From: Candidatus Aminicenantes bacterium
GTDB lineage: Bacteria; Acidobacteriota; Aminicenantia; Aminicenantales; JAFGBC01
NCBI GenBank assembly: GCA_963702005.1
Contig: OY969696.1
Span: 1,408,001 to 1,472,000, forward strand
Direction: 5' to 3'
Length of the DNA: 64,000 nt
In this document: positions 29,853 to 39,929 of the stretch, in pieces
Numbering within the stretch: the first letter of the stretch is position 1
Layout of the letters: every line of letters begins with the position of its first letter
The notes under the pieces: generated by a model
Databases searched by the model: none
Told to the model about the DNA's origin: nothing
The model's input: only the letters and a program-made list of their open reading frames with translations
Position numbers and translations under genes: made by a program

Positions 29853-31085
29853 ATGGATCTTTTCGAAAAATGCAGGGGATTTTATTCGGACCCGCGAGTC
29901 GCCCAGAAGTACGGCTATCCCACAAATCCGAGAACGGCCCAGGCCTTGGGGATCTTCCCCTATTTCATCCCGATCGATCAGGCCGAGGGCACCGAGGTCG
30001 TCATCGACGGCAAGACATACATCATGATCGGATCGAACAACTACCTCGGACTGACCAGCCATCCCAAGGTCAGGGAAGCGGCCATCGAGGCCATCCGCAA
30101 ATTCGGGACGAGCTGCACCGGTTCCCGATTCCTCAACGGGACCCTCCATATGCACATCGAGCTCGAGGAGCGGCTGGCCCGCTGGGTGGCTATGGAGGCG
30201 GCCCTCGTCTTCAGCACCGGATTTCAGGTCAACCTGGGAAGCATTCCCGCCATCATGGACCGCAACGACATCATCGTCACCGATAAAGAGGTTCATGCCA
30301 GCATCATCGACGGCGTGCGCATGGCGAAAGCCCAGAAGTCCGTCCACACCCGGTATTTCAAGCACAATGACCCCGGCGACCTGGACGTCATCTTGAACGG
30401 CCTCGACAAGGAGTCCGGCAAGCTCGTCATCGTCGACGGCGTCTTCAGCATGGGCGGAGACATCAGCCCCCTGGCCGAAATCGTGCCGATCTGCAAGAAA
30501 TACGGGGCCCGCCTCATGGTCGACGACGCGCATTCCCTGGGCGTGCTCGGCGGCGGACGCGGAACCGCCCACCATTTCAACCTGGCCGGCCAGGTCGACC
30601 TCATCATGGGAACCTTCAGCAAATCCTTCGCCTCGGTCGGGGGATTCATCTCCGGACCCAAAGAGGCCATCCACTGGATCCAGGTCTTTGCCCGTCCTTT
30701 CATATTCAGCGCCAGTCTGCCGCCCCCCAACGTGGCGACCGTCCTGGCCTGTCTCGATGTCATGGAGCAGGAGCCGGAGCGCGTCGAGCGGGTCCTGGCC
30801 ATCGGCGAGCGGGTGCGGACCGAACTCCGGGGCATGGGCTACAACATCGGGAACAGCCAGACGCCGATCATCCCCATCGTCATCGGCGACATGATGGATA
30901 CCATGAAGGCCTGGAAGATCCTGTTCGCGGCCGGGATCTACACGAACGTCGCCATGCCGCCGGCCGTCCCCCCCAACGAATCGCTCCTGCGGACGAGCTA
31001 TATGGCGACGCACACCGACGAGCAGGTCGACCGGGTGCTTGAAACCTTCAAGCGCCTCAAAGACCAGATCCATATCGAGCCCTAA
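29853..31085 (+). CDS. PLP alpha-oxoamine synthase, most like bacterial serine palmitoyltransferase
   Basis: GIFPYF...GSNNYLGL, GSRFLNGT, HASIIDG, VDDAH, GTFSKS. Confidence 0.8.
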   Translation: MDLFEKCRGFYSDPRVAQKYGYPTNPRTAQALGIFPYFIPIDQAEGTEVVIDGKTYIMIGSNNYLGLTSHPKVREAAIEAIRKFGTSCTGSRFLNGTLHMHIELEERLARWVAMEAALVFSTGFQVNLGSIPAIMDRNDIIVTDKEVHASIIDGVRMAKAQKSVHTRYFKHNDPGDLDVILNGLDKESGKLVIVDGVFSMGGDISPLAEIVPICKKYGARLMVDDAHSLGVLGGGRGTAHHFNLAGQVDLIMGTFSKSFASVGGFISGPKEAIHWIQVFARPFIFSASLPPPNVATVLACLDVMEQEPERVERVLAIGERVRTELRGMGYNIGNSQTPIIPIVIGDMMDTMKAWKILFAAGIYTNVAMPPAVPPNESLLRTSYMATHTDEQVDRVLETFKRLKDQIHIEP

Positions 31086-31113
31086 GGGAACGCAAAGTTC
31101 CAGGGAGGTTGAC

Positions 31114-32418
31114 ATGAAACGCGCCCTAACGCTCCTCGGCGTCTTGGGATTGGCCGCCGCCTTGGCCGGACCGGTCTTCGCCAACGGACTGAACCTCAAC
31201 AGCCTGGGCTCGCGGGCCCTGGCCATGGGGGGCGCCTATGTCGGGCTGGCCAACGACTTCAGCGCCATTTTCTGGAACCCGGCCGGGATCGCCTCCATCA
31301 AGCAGCGGACCTTCGGATTCTACGGGACCGACATCATTCCCAAAGGGAGCTACCGTTTCGACGCCCTCGATCCCGACCTCGGTGAAGTCACTATGGTCGA
31401 CGCCAAGACGAAGACCAAGCACTACCTGGCCGGGCTGGCGGCCTACTATGTCCCCTTGAGCAAGACCGTCACGGCCGGGCTCGGCGTCTACGTCCCCTCC
31501 GGTCTGGGCGCCGCTTGGAAGGGCGACGACTTCAAGAAGATCTCGCTGGGGACGGCCTACGAATGGTCGAGCAAGGTCGGCCTGGTGACGATCGCGCCGG
31601 CATTGGCCTGGCAGGTTGACGATAGGATCGCGGTCGGCGCGACCCTCGACATCAACTACGGCAGTTTCGACCTCAAGACCCACGCCGGCTCGGTCCCCGG
31701 CGCGAACGGGCCGCGTGACCTCGGCCAATACGAAGAGAACCTCAAGGGCTGGGGATACGGAGCGACGCTGGGCATCCTCGTCAAGCCCCATCGGCTCTTC
31801 AGCCTGGGCGCAACCGTCCGGACGGCCAGCAAGGTCAGCCTCGAGGGCGAGGCCCGGATCTCGAACCTGGCCTACCTCGGCCTCAAGGACGTTTCGGACA
31901 TCAAGCGGGACGTGGCCTGGCCCCTCTGGCTCGCGGTGGGGGTCGCCTTCTACCCCAGCCAAGTCTTAACCCTAACGGCCGACGTCCAATACACGCGCTG
32001 GTCCAAGATGGACGTCATGAAAACCCAGTATCTGGACCCGTTCTGGGCCGTCCTCATGGCCGCCGACGCCGAGCGGCCCATGCACTGGAAGGACGCGACC
32101 CAAATCCGCTTCGGGGCCGAGTACCGCATCCGTCCGGACCTGGCGCTGAGGGCGGGCTACTATTGGGACCCGACGCCCGTCCCGGATCAGACCATGAACG
32201 TCCTTCTCCCCAGCTACGACTTCAACGTCGCGACCTTCGGCTTGGGCTATGTCCTGGACGGCCTGGCCATCGACCTCGGGTTTGAGCTCTTAATGGGGGC
32301 CAAGCGGACCGTCGGCTTCCTCAACTGGTACTTCGATCCCGAGTACAAATCGGCCATGCCCGGGACGTACGAGATGACGCTCCTCGTCCCGAACCTGTCC
32401 ATCCGCTACGAGTTCTGA
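31114..32418 (+). CDS. FadL/OmpP1 long-chain fatty acid outer-membrane transporter
   Basis: Signal peptide, GSRALAMGGA...FWNPAG hatch motif, LRAGY, terminal YEF. Confidence 0.88.
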   Translation: MKRALTLLGVLGLAAALAGPVFANGLNLNSLGSRALAMGGAYVGLANDFSAIFWNPAGIASIKQRTFGFYGTDIIPKGSYRFDALDPDLGEVTMVDAKTKTKHYLAGLAAYYVPLSKTVTAGLGVYVPSGLGAAWKGDDFKKISLGTAYEWSSKVGLVTIAPALAWQVDDRIAVGATLDINYGSFDLKTHAGSVPGANGPRDLGQYEENLKGWGYGATLGILVKPHRLFSLGATVRTASKVSLEGEARISNLAYLGLKDVSDIKRDVAWPLWLAVGVAFYPSQVLTLTADVQYTRWSKMDVMKTQYLDPFWAVLMAADAERPMHWKDATQIRFGAEYRIRPDLALRAGYYWDPTPVPDQTMNVLLPSYDFNVATFGLGYVLDGLAIDLGFELLMGAKRTVGFLNWYFDPEYKSAMPGTYEMTLLVPNLSIRYEF

Positions 32419-32441
32419 GCGGGAGATCTCGAGGTTCGCCC

Positions 32442-33308
32442 ATGAGCGTCCGTAAAGCCGTCATCCCCGCAGCCGGGTTCGGGACACGCTTCCTCCCCGT
32501 CACCAAGGCCCTCCCCAAGGAGATGCTCAACGTCATCGACAAGCCCCTCATCCATTACTGCGTCGAGGAGATTCTGGGCGCCGATATCCGCAAGATCGGG
32601 ATCGTCACCAGCCGGGGCAAGAGCGCCCTCGAAGATTACTTCGACCGGAGTCCCGAGCTCGAGGAGTTCCTCCGGGCCAAGGGGAAGCTCGACCTGCTCG
32701 AGGAGGTCCGCCGGATCGCCGGCCTGGCCGAGTTCAGCTACATCCGTCAGCCCCAGGCCCTCGGACTGGGACACGCGATCCTGATGGGCGAGACCTTCGT
32801 CGGCAACGAGCCGTTCGCGGCCTTGACGCCCGACGACATCTACGATTGCCGGCCGTCCTGCGTCAAACAGCTCGTCGACTGCTTCGGCGAGCGGGGAGGG
32901 ACCGTCATCGTCCTGGGCCGGATCGACGCCGAGGGGACCACCAAGTACGGCGTGATCAAGCCTCTGCCGATCTCGGACCGCGTCTTTCAGGTTCTCGACC
33001 TCGCCGAGAAACCCGGCCCGGAGCGGGCCTTCTCGGACTTGGGCGTCCTCGGCCGCTACGTCTTCACGCCCCGCATCTTCGACGCCATCAAGCGGACGCC
33101 GCCCGACGCCCGGGGCGAGATTCAGATCACGGATGCCATCCGGGTCCTCCTCGACGAGGAGCCCGTCTACGGCCTGCTGTTCGAGGGGCGCCGCTACGAC
33201 TGCGGGGATAAATGGGGTTTGCTCGAGGCGACCGTCGAGCTGGCCCTCAACCGCCCCGAATTCAAGGACGACCTGAAGGCCCTCATCGACCGTTTGAGCC
33301 GGGGCTGA
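32442..33308 (+). CDS. galU: UTP--glucose-1-phosphate uridylyltransferase
   Basis: [40 protein letters not shown]. Confidence 0.93.
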   Translation: MSVRKAVIPAAGFGTRFLPVTKALPKEMLNVIDKPLIHYCVEEILGADIRKIGIVTSRGKSALEDYFDRSPELEEFLRAKGKLDLLEEVRRIAGLAEFSYIRQPQALGLGHAILMGETFVGNEPFAALTPDDIYDCRPSCVKQLVDCFGERGGTVIVLGRIDAEGTTKYGVIKPLPISDRVFQVLDLAEKPGPERAFSDLGVLGRYVFTPRIFDAIKRTPPDARGEIQITDAIRVLLDEEPVYGLLFEGRRYDCGDKWGLLEATVELALNRPEFKDDLKALIDRLSRG

Positions 33309-33345
33309 TCCGGAACGACCTGCCAGCGACCCGAAAGGACGCGCC

Positions 33346-34794
33346 ATGAAGAGCCTGTTCATTACCAAAGACATCGAGAAGGTCCAGGAGGAAGCGCGGG
33401 ACGACAGCCACGGGCTGCGGCGGGTCCTCGGACCCTGGCACCTCCTCCTCCTCGGCGTCGGGGCCATCATCGGCGCCGGGATCTTCGTCCTGACCGGCCA
33501 CGCGGCGGCCCTGTACGCCGGACCGGCCATCGTCCTCTCCTTCGTCCTGGCCGGGATCGCCTGCGGCCTGGCCGGCCTCTGCTACGCGGAATTCGCCTCG
33601 ATGATCCCGATCTCGGGGAGCGCTTACACCTATGCCTACTACACACTGGGCGAGTTCGTGGCCTGGATCATCGGCTGGGACCTCATCCTCGAATACTCAC
33701 TGGGCGCCACGGCCGTCTCGATCGGCTGGTCGGGCTACATCACCAGCCTTCTCCGGGACATTGGAATCGCTCTTCCCGTGAAGCTGACGTCGGCGCCCTA
33801 CGCTTTCAACCCGGAGTCCGGACACTGGACGGCGACGGGCGCCTGGGTCAACGTTCCGGCCGCCTTCATCGTCCTCCTGATCATGTCCCTTCTCGTCATC
33901 GGGATCCGCGAGTCGGCCCGGGTCAACGCGGTTATCGTCGTCGTCAAGGTCATGGTCATCGTCGTCTTCATTGTGGCCGGCCTCTCCTTCATTAAGCCCG
34001 CCCTCTGGAAACCGTTCATCCCGGCCAACACGGGGTCGTTCGGGTTCTTCGGCTGGAGCGGAATCCTGCGGGGCGCCGGCGTCATCTTCTTCGCCTACCT
34101 CGGTTTCGACGCCGTCTCGACGACGGCCCAGGAGGCCCGGAATCCCCAGAAAGATATGCCCTTCGGCATCCTGGGGAGCCTCGCCGTGTGCACGGTCCTC
34201 TACATCGTCGTCACGATGGTCATGACCGGGGTCGTCCCCTTCACGGAGCTCAACGTCGCGGCTCCCGTGGCGGTCGCCATCGACGCCATGAAGCTCCCCT
34301 GGCTCCAGATCCTGGTCAAGATCGGAGCCGTGGCCGGCATTACTTCGGTCATCCTCGTCCAGCTCCTGGGCCAGCCCCGGATCTTCTTCGCGATGGCCAA
34401 CGACGGGTTGCTGCCCCGTGCGGCCTCGCGGGTCCATGCCAGGTTTCGGACTCCCTACGTCACGACGATCACGACCGGCGTTGTCGTGGCCGGGCTGGCG
34501 GCGTTTCTGCCGATCGGGATCGTGGGCGAGCTCGTCAGCATCGGGACGCTGATGGCCTTCATGATCGTCTGCGGAGGGGTTCTCGTCCTAAGATACAAGA
34601 GGCCGGACCTACACCGGCCGTTCAAGACGCCCTGGGTTCCTCTGGTCCCTATCCTCGGGATCCTATCCTGTCTGTACTTGATGTTCAGCCTGCCCCGGGA
34701 CACCTGGATCAGGCTCCTTGTCTGGCTCGTCGCCGGGTTCGCGATCTATTTCGGATATGGGAGGCGAAAGAGCCGGCTGCGGCAATCCAAATAG
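33346..34794 (+). CDS. APC family (CAT-like) amino acid permease
   Basis: [30 protein letters not shown] motifs. Confidence 0.92.
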   Translation: MKSLFITKDIEKVQEEARDDSHGLRRVLGPWHLLLLGVGAIIGAGIFVLTGHAAALYAGPAIVLSFVLAGIACGLAGLCYAEFASMIPISGSAYTYAYYTLGEFVAWIIGWDLILEYSLGATAVSIGWSGYITSLLRDIGIALPVKLTSAPYAFNPESGHWTATGAWVNVPAAFIVLLIMSLLVIGIRESARVNAVIVVVKVMVIVVFIVAGLSFIKPALWKPFIPANTGSFGFFGWSGILRGAGVIFFAYLGFDAVSTTAQEARNPQKDMPFGILGSLAVCTVLYIVVTMVMTGVVPFTELNVAAPVAVAIDAMKLPWLQILVKIGAVAGITSVILVQLLGQPRIFFAMANDGLLPRAASRVHARFRTPYVTTITTGVVVAGLAAFLPIGIVGELVSIGTLMAFMIVCGGVLVLRYKRPDLHRPFKTPWVPLVPILGILSCLYLMFSLPRDTWIRLLVWLVAGFAIYFGYGRRKSRLRQSK

Positions 34795-34838
34795 CCGCGG
34801 CCGGGTCCGATCGAATCCGATTCCATTCATAAGCGCCG

Positions 34839-36221
34839 ATGAAAATTCTGCTCGTCCAACCCAAGCTGGAACGAAGCTTCTTCGGCGACATCCGGCTTCC
34901 CCCGCTGGGACTGGCCTTTTTGGCCGGCGTCCTGCGGGAGGCGGGCCATGAAGTGAGGATCCTCGACGCCATCCTGACTCGCCGCCAGCTAAGCGCCATC
35001 GCTGAGGCGGCCGGGGACTTCGAGCCGGAGGTCGTGGGCGTCAGCGCCACCTCGCCCCTGGCCGGGACGGCCTGCCGGATCGCCGCGCTCGTAAAGACGA
35101 TCGTCCCCGCCGCGACCACGGTCCTGGGCGGGGTCCATCCGACCTTGTTCCCGGAAGACATGCTGCGGGAGCCTGCGGTCGACTATGTCATCCGTGGCGA
35201 GGGCGAGAGCAGCCTGGCTGCCCTGGTGGACATTCTGGCCGGGGGCGGCCGTCCCGATCGGGTGGACGGATTGGCTTTCCGACGCAACGGCGAGGTCGTG
35301 GTCAACCCGCCTGCCGCTCCGCCTCCGGACCTTGATGCCCTGCCGTTTCCCGCCTACGACCTTTTTCCCATCCGTAAGTACTATAGCCTCCAGATCGCCG
35401 AGCACCCGTTCGGATCCATGATCACCAGCCGGGGCTGTCCCTACCAATGCATATTCTGCAGCGCGCGGGCCACGATGGGAGCGCGCTACAGGGCTTATTC
35501 TCCGCGCCGGATCGTCGCCGAGATCCGTTTCCTGGTGGACCGATTCCAAGTCCGAGAAATCCTGTTCAAGGACAGCGAGTTTACGCTCGACCCGGCCCGG
35601 GTCGAGGCGTTCTGCGAGCTCCTCCTGGCGGAGGGCCTCCGGGTCCGTTGGTCCTGCAACGGCCGGATCGGCCGGGCGAGCCTGGCCCTGCTCGAAAAGA
35701 TGCGGGCGGCCGGCTGCCGGCTCATCGAATACGGCATCGAATCGGGCGATGACGAGATCCTTGAGACCCTCGACAAGCGTATCACCGTCGATCAGGTCCG
35801 GGAGACATTTGCCCTGACCCGCCGGGCCGGCTTGAAAACGATCGCTAACTTCATGATCGGGAATCCCGGCGAGACGAGGCGTTCCGTGGAAAAGACGCTC
35901 CGGCTGGCCAACGAGATTCGGCCGGATTTCTGCGATTTTTCATTTGCCACCGCCTTACCGGGGACGAGGCTTTATACCATGGCCCTTGAGAACGGCTGGC
36001 TGCTGAAAAGCTACGATCCGTCCCATATCCGGCTGGACGAGTGCGTCATGAACGCGACCCGCATGAGCCTGACCGAATTGCGCCGGATGTTCAAGAAGGC
36101 CTACCGTTCGTTCTACCTGCGTCCGGGCTATATCCTAGACCGGGCGGCGCGTCTTCATCCGTTCGAATGGAAGATGAGCGCTATCGGGATGCTCCGGGTC
36201 CTGGGCTTGCGGCAGAGGTAG
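34839..36221 (+). CDS. Cobalamin-binding radical SAM protein
   Basis: PPLGLA..AG, GGVHPT, TSRGCPYQCIFC, GIESG, FMIGNPGET. Confidence 0.92.
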   Translation: MKILLVQPKLERSFFGDIRLPPLGLAFLAGVLREAGHEVRILDAILTRRQLSAIAEAAGDFEPEVVGVSATSPLAGTACRIAALVKTIVPAATTVLGGVHPTLFPEDMLREPAVDYVIRGEGESSLAALVDILAGGGRPDRVDGLAFRRNGEVVVNPPAAPPPDLDALPFPAYDLFPIRKYYSLQIAEHPFGSMITSRGCPYQCIFCSARATMGARYRAYSPRRIVAEIRFLVDRFQVREILFKDSEFTLDPARVEAFCELLLAEGLRVRWSCNGRIGRASLALLEKMRAAGCRLIEYGIESGDDEILETLDKRITVDQVRETFALTRRAGLKTIANFMIGNPGETRRSVEKTLRLANEIRPDFCDFSFATALPGTRLYTMALENGWLLKSYDPSHIRLDECVMNATRMSLTELRRMFKKAYRSFYLRPGYILDRAARLHPFEWKMSAIGMLRVLGLRQR

Positions 36222-36276
36222 GAGATACTCGAGTTTTCTCCGGGACGCAGCGGACCGCGTCGCCGCTCGCCGGATC

Positions 36277-38361
36277 TCAGCGCGGCTCGCCCGCCCGCTT
36301 GGCCTCGACCGGATTCGGGCTCGACAGGACTTTCAGTCCGGTGACGCGCCCCGCCGGGTCGAGGCTGAAACCGATCTCGCTCGTCCGGCCCGTGCTCAAG
36401 TCATAGCTGGCGAAAGTCGTCTGCGATTGGGGCAGGAAGGCGATCGCCGGAGGCGCCGGCTGCGGGCGGATTCCGACCAGGCTCCCGCCGCCCCACATGA
36501 ACAGCGTATAAGCTGAGCCGCGCTCGAAGTCGTAACGGATGATCGTCGTCGCGTCCACCGGGCTCATGGTCGTCCGAGGGCCCCGCGACGCCGCCTGGAG
36601 GACGGTCCCCAGGACATGAGTGCCTTGCAGTGCGCCGAAAGCCTCCGTCCGTTGCTTCCGGACCGTGTCTTCCCGTTTTTGGATTTCTTCCAGCGGCAAG
36701 GGCAGCTGCGGGCCCAAAGCCTTGGACAGGGGTCCGTAGTCGCCCTTGGCGGCCGCGTCCACGATGGCCATAGAGCGGGCGTTCAGCTCTTGGAGGCGGG
36801 CCGTCGCGTCGGGACCGTCGCCCATGAGAAGGCTTATCGCTTCTTGTCCTTCGGAGACCAGGGCAAGGCCGTCGCCATCGACGGTCACGATCAAACGCGC
36901 GCCGGACGTCAGCCGATAGCCGCCCGCGTACTTCGCCGATACCCCCGGAGCGAGCTTGACAACCCGCGGGGGCGGCGGGACGTCGCGGCCTTTGACGATG
37001 GGGACGATCGTCCGCTCCAAGTCCATGGCCCTCATCCCGGCATCGGTCGAGGCGATGAAGACGGCCAATCCCAAGGCCGGTTCCCGATAATACACGAAGT
37101 AGTGTATGCCGTCGCCACCGACCAGCGTCAGCGGCTTGTCCTGAGGGAAGAGCCTAGCCTTGGATTCTTGGGAAAGAAGCGCATCTCCTTCCAGGGCGAG
37201 GTAAAACCGGTACATGTCGCCCAGGGTCGAGAGCGTGCCGCCGTTTCCGCGCAGGTTCCAGTGGGGTCCGTCCGGGGCGTGGGGGTAATCGAAGGTCGAT
37301 CCGCGATCTTGGCCGCCGGAGTAGCTGTGCGCGATCTGGCCCGGCTTCCACTTCGGCAGCACATATCCGGTTTGGGACATCCCGGCCGGCTTGAAAATAT
37401 GCTCGTCGACAAACGCCTCGTAGGATTGCCCCGAGATTTTTTCGATGACGGCGGCGAGCAGGCTGTAGCCCGGGTTGGAGTATTTCATTTCCGTCCCCGG
37501 CTTGGCCACAAGCTGGGACTCGAACATTCGCTTGAGGAATTCGTCTCGGGAGACGGCCTCTTCGTCGGGGCCCGAGTAGAGCTTCAGGCCGGCCGTGTGC
37601 TCGAGGAGTTGTCCGATCGTTATCCCCGCCTTATCCGGGGGCACGCCGTCGAAATACTTGCCGATCGGGTCGTCGAGCCGGAGCCGGCCCTGTTCGGCGA
37701 GCTGGAGAACGGCCGTTTTGGTGAAGTCTTTGGTGTTCGATCCGATGTCGAACGCCGTTTCCGCGCCGCAGGGAGTCGAATTTGACCGATCGGCCAGGCC
37801 GCAGCCTTTTTCGAGGAGGATCGTCCCTTTCCGGGCGATCAGGACGCCGCCGGAAAAACCGAACGCCTCGAGCCGCGTCATGAATTCAGCCAACTTCTGA
37901 CGGAGTTCGTCGTCGCCGATCGAGGACGAAAGGGCCGTCTCGGGCGCGGAGGACGGCGGCTCGGATTGTTCAATGCGGATCTGGTCGATTTTATAGGGCG
38001 GTTTCGGCGTCAATAGGAACGAAAAAGTGAACCAGCCGCCCTTGCCCGCGCTGGCCAAGACGGATATCGCCGTCTCGGTCGAATCGGCGACGGAAAAGAC
38101 GGTCAGGGCGCCCATCCGAGACCACATCTGACGGTAGTAACGGAGACGTTCATCGACCGATCGGCGCAGCAGGGCCTCCTGGCCGATAGTGTCGATGAAG
38201 AACCGGGCCATGACCTGGTCGGACCCGGAATTGAAACTCTTAATGTATTGAGCGGCTATCCGGCCGGCCGGAGTGTCGGGGATCGGGACGCCCTGGACCG
38301 CGAGACCCGACCAGGGAGCCCACGCCATAAGAATGAGTGCCGCGAACCGTTTAAGCTTCAT
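36277..38361 (-). CDS. Secreted serine hydrolase (beta-lactamase/AmpC-like fold) with extra N- and C-terminal domains
   Basis: Signal peptide; SxxK (GSNTK), LLEHTAG, YSN motifs. Confidence 0.85.
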   Translation of the reverse strand: MKLKRFAALILMAWAPWSGLAVQGVPIPDTPAGRIAAQYIKSFNSGSDQVMARFFIDTIGQEALLRRSVDERLRYYRQMWSRMGALTVFSVADSTETAISVLASAGKGGWFTFSFLLTPKPPYKIDQIRIEQSEPPSSAPETALSSSIGDDELRQKLAEFMTRLEAFGFSGGVLIARKGTILLEKGCGLADRSNSTPCGAETAFDIGSNTKDFTKTAVLQLAEQGRLRLDDPIGKYFDGVPPDKAGITIGQLLEHTAGLKLYSGPDEEAVSRDEFLKRMFESQLVAKPGTEMKYSNPGYSLLAAVIEKISGQSYEAFVDEHIFKPAGMSQTGYVLPKWKPGQIAHSYSGGQDRGSTFDYPHAPDGPHWNLRGNGGTLSTLGDMYRFYLALEGDALLSQESKARLFPQDKPLTLVGGDGIHYFVYYREPALGLAVFIASTDAGMRAMDLERTIVPIVKGRDVPPPPRVVKLAPGVSAKYAGGYRLTSGARLIVTVDGDGLALVSEGQEAISLLMGDGPDATARLQELNARSMAIVDAAAKGDYGPLSKALGPQLPLPLEEIQKREDTVRKQRTEAFGALQGTHVLGTVLQAASRGPRTTMSPVDATTIIRYDFERGSAYTLFMWGGGSLVGIRPQPAPPAIAFLPQSQTTFASYDLSTGRTSEIGFSLDPAGRVTGLKVLSSPNPVEAKRAGEPR

Positions 38362-38447
38362 GCCGCCTCCCGTAAGAACTTATTGTAAGCGAACGGCGGA
38401 TAAAGCGCGAGTTCTCCACGCGACGGCAATATGTCGAAAATAAAAAA

Positions 38448-38520
38448 TGGCAAGGGACGGAATCGAACCGCCGACGCAGGGATTTTCAGTCCCTCGCTCT
38501 ACCTGCTGAGCTACCTTGCC
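38448..38520 (-). tRNA. tRNA-Phe(GAA), CCA not encoded
   Basis: GGCAAGG/CCTTGCC acceptor stem, AGGGA-CTGAAAA-TCCCT anticodon arm, GGTTCGATT T-loop. Confidence 0.97.
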
Positions 38521-38539
38521 ATTCGGCCTCGCGGCGCCC

Positions 38540-38571
38540 ATTATATTAATTTTATGGGCTGGCTTTGTCAA
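38540..38571 (-). promoter_or_regulatory. tRNA-Phe promoter
   Basis: TTGACA-17 nt-TAATAT, with an overlapping TATAAT. Confidence 0.6.
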
Positions 38572-38634
38572 GACGATAGGAAATGCTTCAGCCGGGGACT
38601 TGCTGCCGTTTTTTTGGTAGAATACCGACTGTCC

Positions 38635-39621
38635 ATGCTCAGGATCGCCGCGCTTCTTCCCCATACCGAGGTCTTCGGAGGGGTTCGCCGTTACATCGAG
38701 ATCGGGAACGAATTCGCCCGGCGCGGCCATGAGTTTACCCTGTTCACTCCCTCCGGCGAGCCTCCCGCCTGGCTCCCGTATCGGGGACGGCTCAAATCCT
38801 TCGCCGATCTCGCCCGGGAGGCGTTCGACATCGGTCTCTGCAGCGAGTACTCCATCCTGGACGGATTCGACGGGCTGCGGGCGTCCCGGAAATACTTCTA
38901 TTTCGTCCTCGAAGGCCATAAGCGGGAGCGCGAAGTCGTCCGCCGGAATTTCCTTTTTCTGGGGAATTCCGAGGGCCTTTGCCGCCGGATCGAGCGCGTC
39001 TACGGCGTCGTCTGCCGCCGCGCCCCGGGCGGCGTCAACGCCGAAATCTTTCACCCTCTCGATCCCGCCGAGAGGCCGGCCCGGCCGCCCGGCCAGTTCC
39101 GAGTCCTCTGTTACGGACGGGTCGCCAAGCGGCGGAAGGGCGTCCCGCTGGCCATCAAGGCCGTCGAGCGGCTCCGCCGCCGCCACGCCGGCCTCAGGCT
39201 CGTCTTCTTCGACAGCCTGGTCGGCGCCGACCGGCGCGATCCCCGCCCCTTGATAAGAACGTCTATCCCCCATGAGTTCCACCTCAACCTTCCCCAGAGC
39301 CGGATGGCCTGGCTGTTCGGAAGCGCCGACGCCTTCGTCTCCGCTGAAAAGCGGGCCGGCTGGGCCAACACGGCCGCCGAGGCTATGGCCTGCCGCCTCC
39401 CGGTCGTGTGCACCCCGAGCGGGACCATGGATTTCGCGCTCCCCGGGGAGACGGCCCTGGTCGTCCCCATCCGCCGCCCTTATTTCATCGCCCGCGCCCT
39501 CCGCCGCCTGATCGAGGACCCCGCCCTGGCCCGACGCCTGGCCGAGGCCGGGTTCCGGAAGATCCAGGAATTCACCTGGCCGGACCTCGTTTCCCGCCTG
39601 GAAGCCTATTTCAGGGAATAG
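38635..39621 (+). CDS. Glycosyltransferase family 4 (GT-B)
   Basis: GGVRR...N, GW..TAAEAMACRLPVV, GETAL, FTW motifs. Confidence 0.88.
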   Translation: MLRIAALLPHTEVFGGVRRYIEIGNEFARRGHEFTLFTPSGEPPAWLPYRGRLKSFADLAREAFDIGLCSEYSILDGFDGLRASRKYFYFVLEGHKREREVVRRNFLFLGNSEGLCRRIERVYGVVCRRAPGGVNAEIFHPLDPAERPARPPGQFRVLCYGRVAKRRKGVPLAIKAVERLRRRHAGLRLVFFDSLVGADRRDPRPLIRTSIPHEFHLNLPQSRMAWLFGSADAFVSAEKRAGWANTAAEAMACRLPVVCTPSGTMDFALPGETALVVPIRRPYFIARALRRLIEDPALARRLAEAGFRKIQEFTWPDLVSRLEAYFRE

Positions 39622-39689
39622 GGGAGCCTCCGGGCTAAATTGAATTAGCTCTCCGGATGTGCTAATCTTGTGCGTTGGAGGACGGCTTC

Positions 39690-39911
39690 ATGGAAGAGAG
39701 AGAGCTCAAGGAACGCATGCTCCGCGAGAATGAAGAGTTCAGGCGGGTCTTTGAGGAGCATCGGAATTTCGACCGGGCCCTCGAGGCGCTCCGACGGAAA
39801 TCCGCCCCGTCCGAGGAGGATCTCCTCGCCGAAAAGGAGCTCAAGAAGAAGAAGCTCGCCCTCAAGGACCGGATGTACCTCATGATGGCGGAGTACCGCG
39901 GATCCGTCTGA
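39690..39911 (+). CDS. DUF465/YdcH family coiled-coil protein
   Basis: EEH..FD...LKKKKL.LKD pattern; GGAGG SD. Confidence 0.8.
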   Translation: MEERELKERMLRENEEFRRVFEEHRNFDRALEALRRKSAPSEEDLLAEKELKKKKLALKDRMYLMMAEYRGSV

Positions 39912-39929
39912 GCCCGGAAACCGATCGGC

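Noticed and set aside
34800-38447. Integrative element at tRNA-Phe
   Set aside because: No integrase and no duplicated tRNA 3' end (att) found by eye.
39645-39665. TTAGCTCTC...GTGCTAA resembling a CIRCE (HrcA) operator
   Set aside because: The element is 21 nt, not 9-9-9, and it is not upstream of a chaperone gene. No CIRCE was seen before clpB or hslV either.
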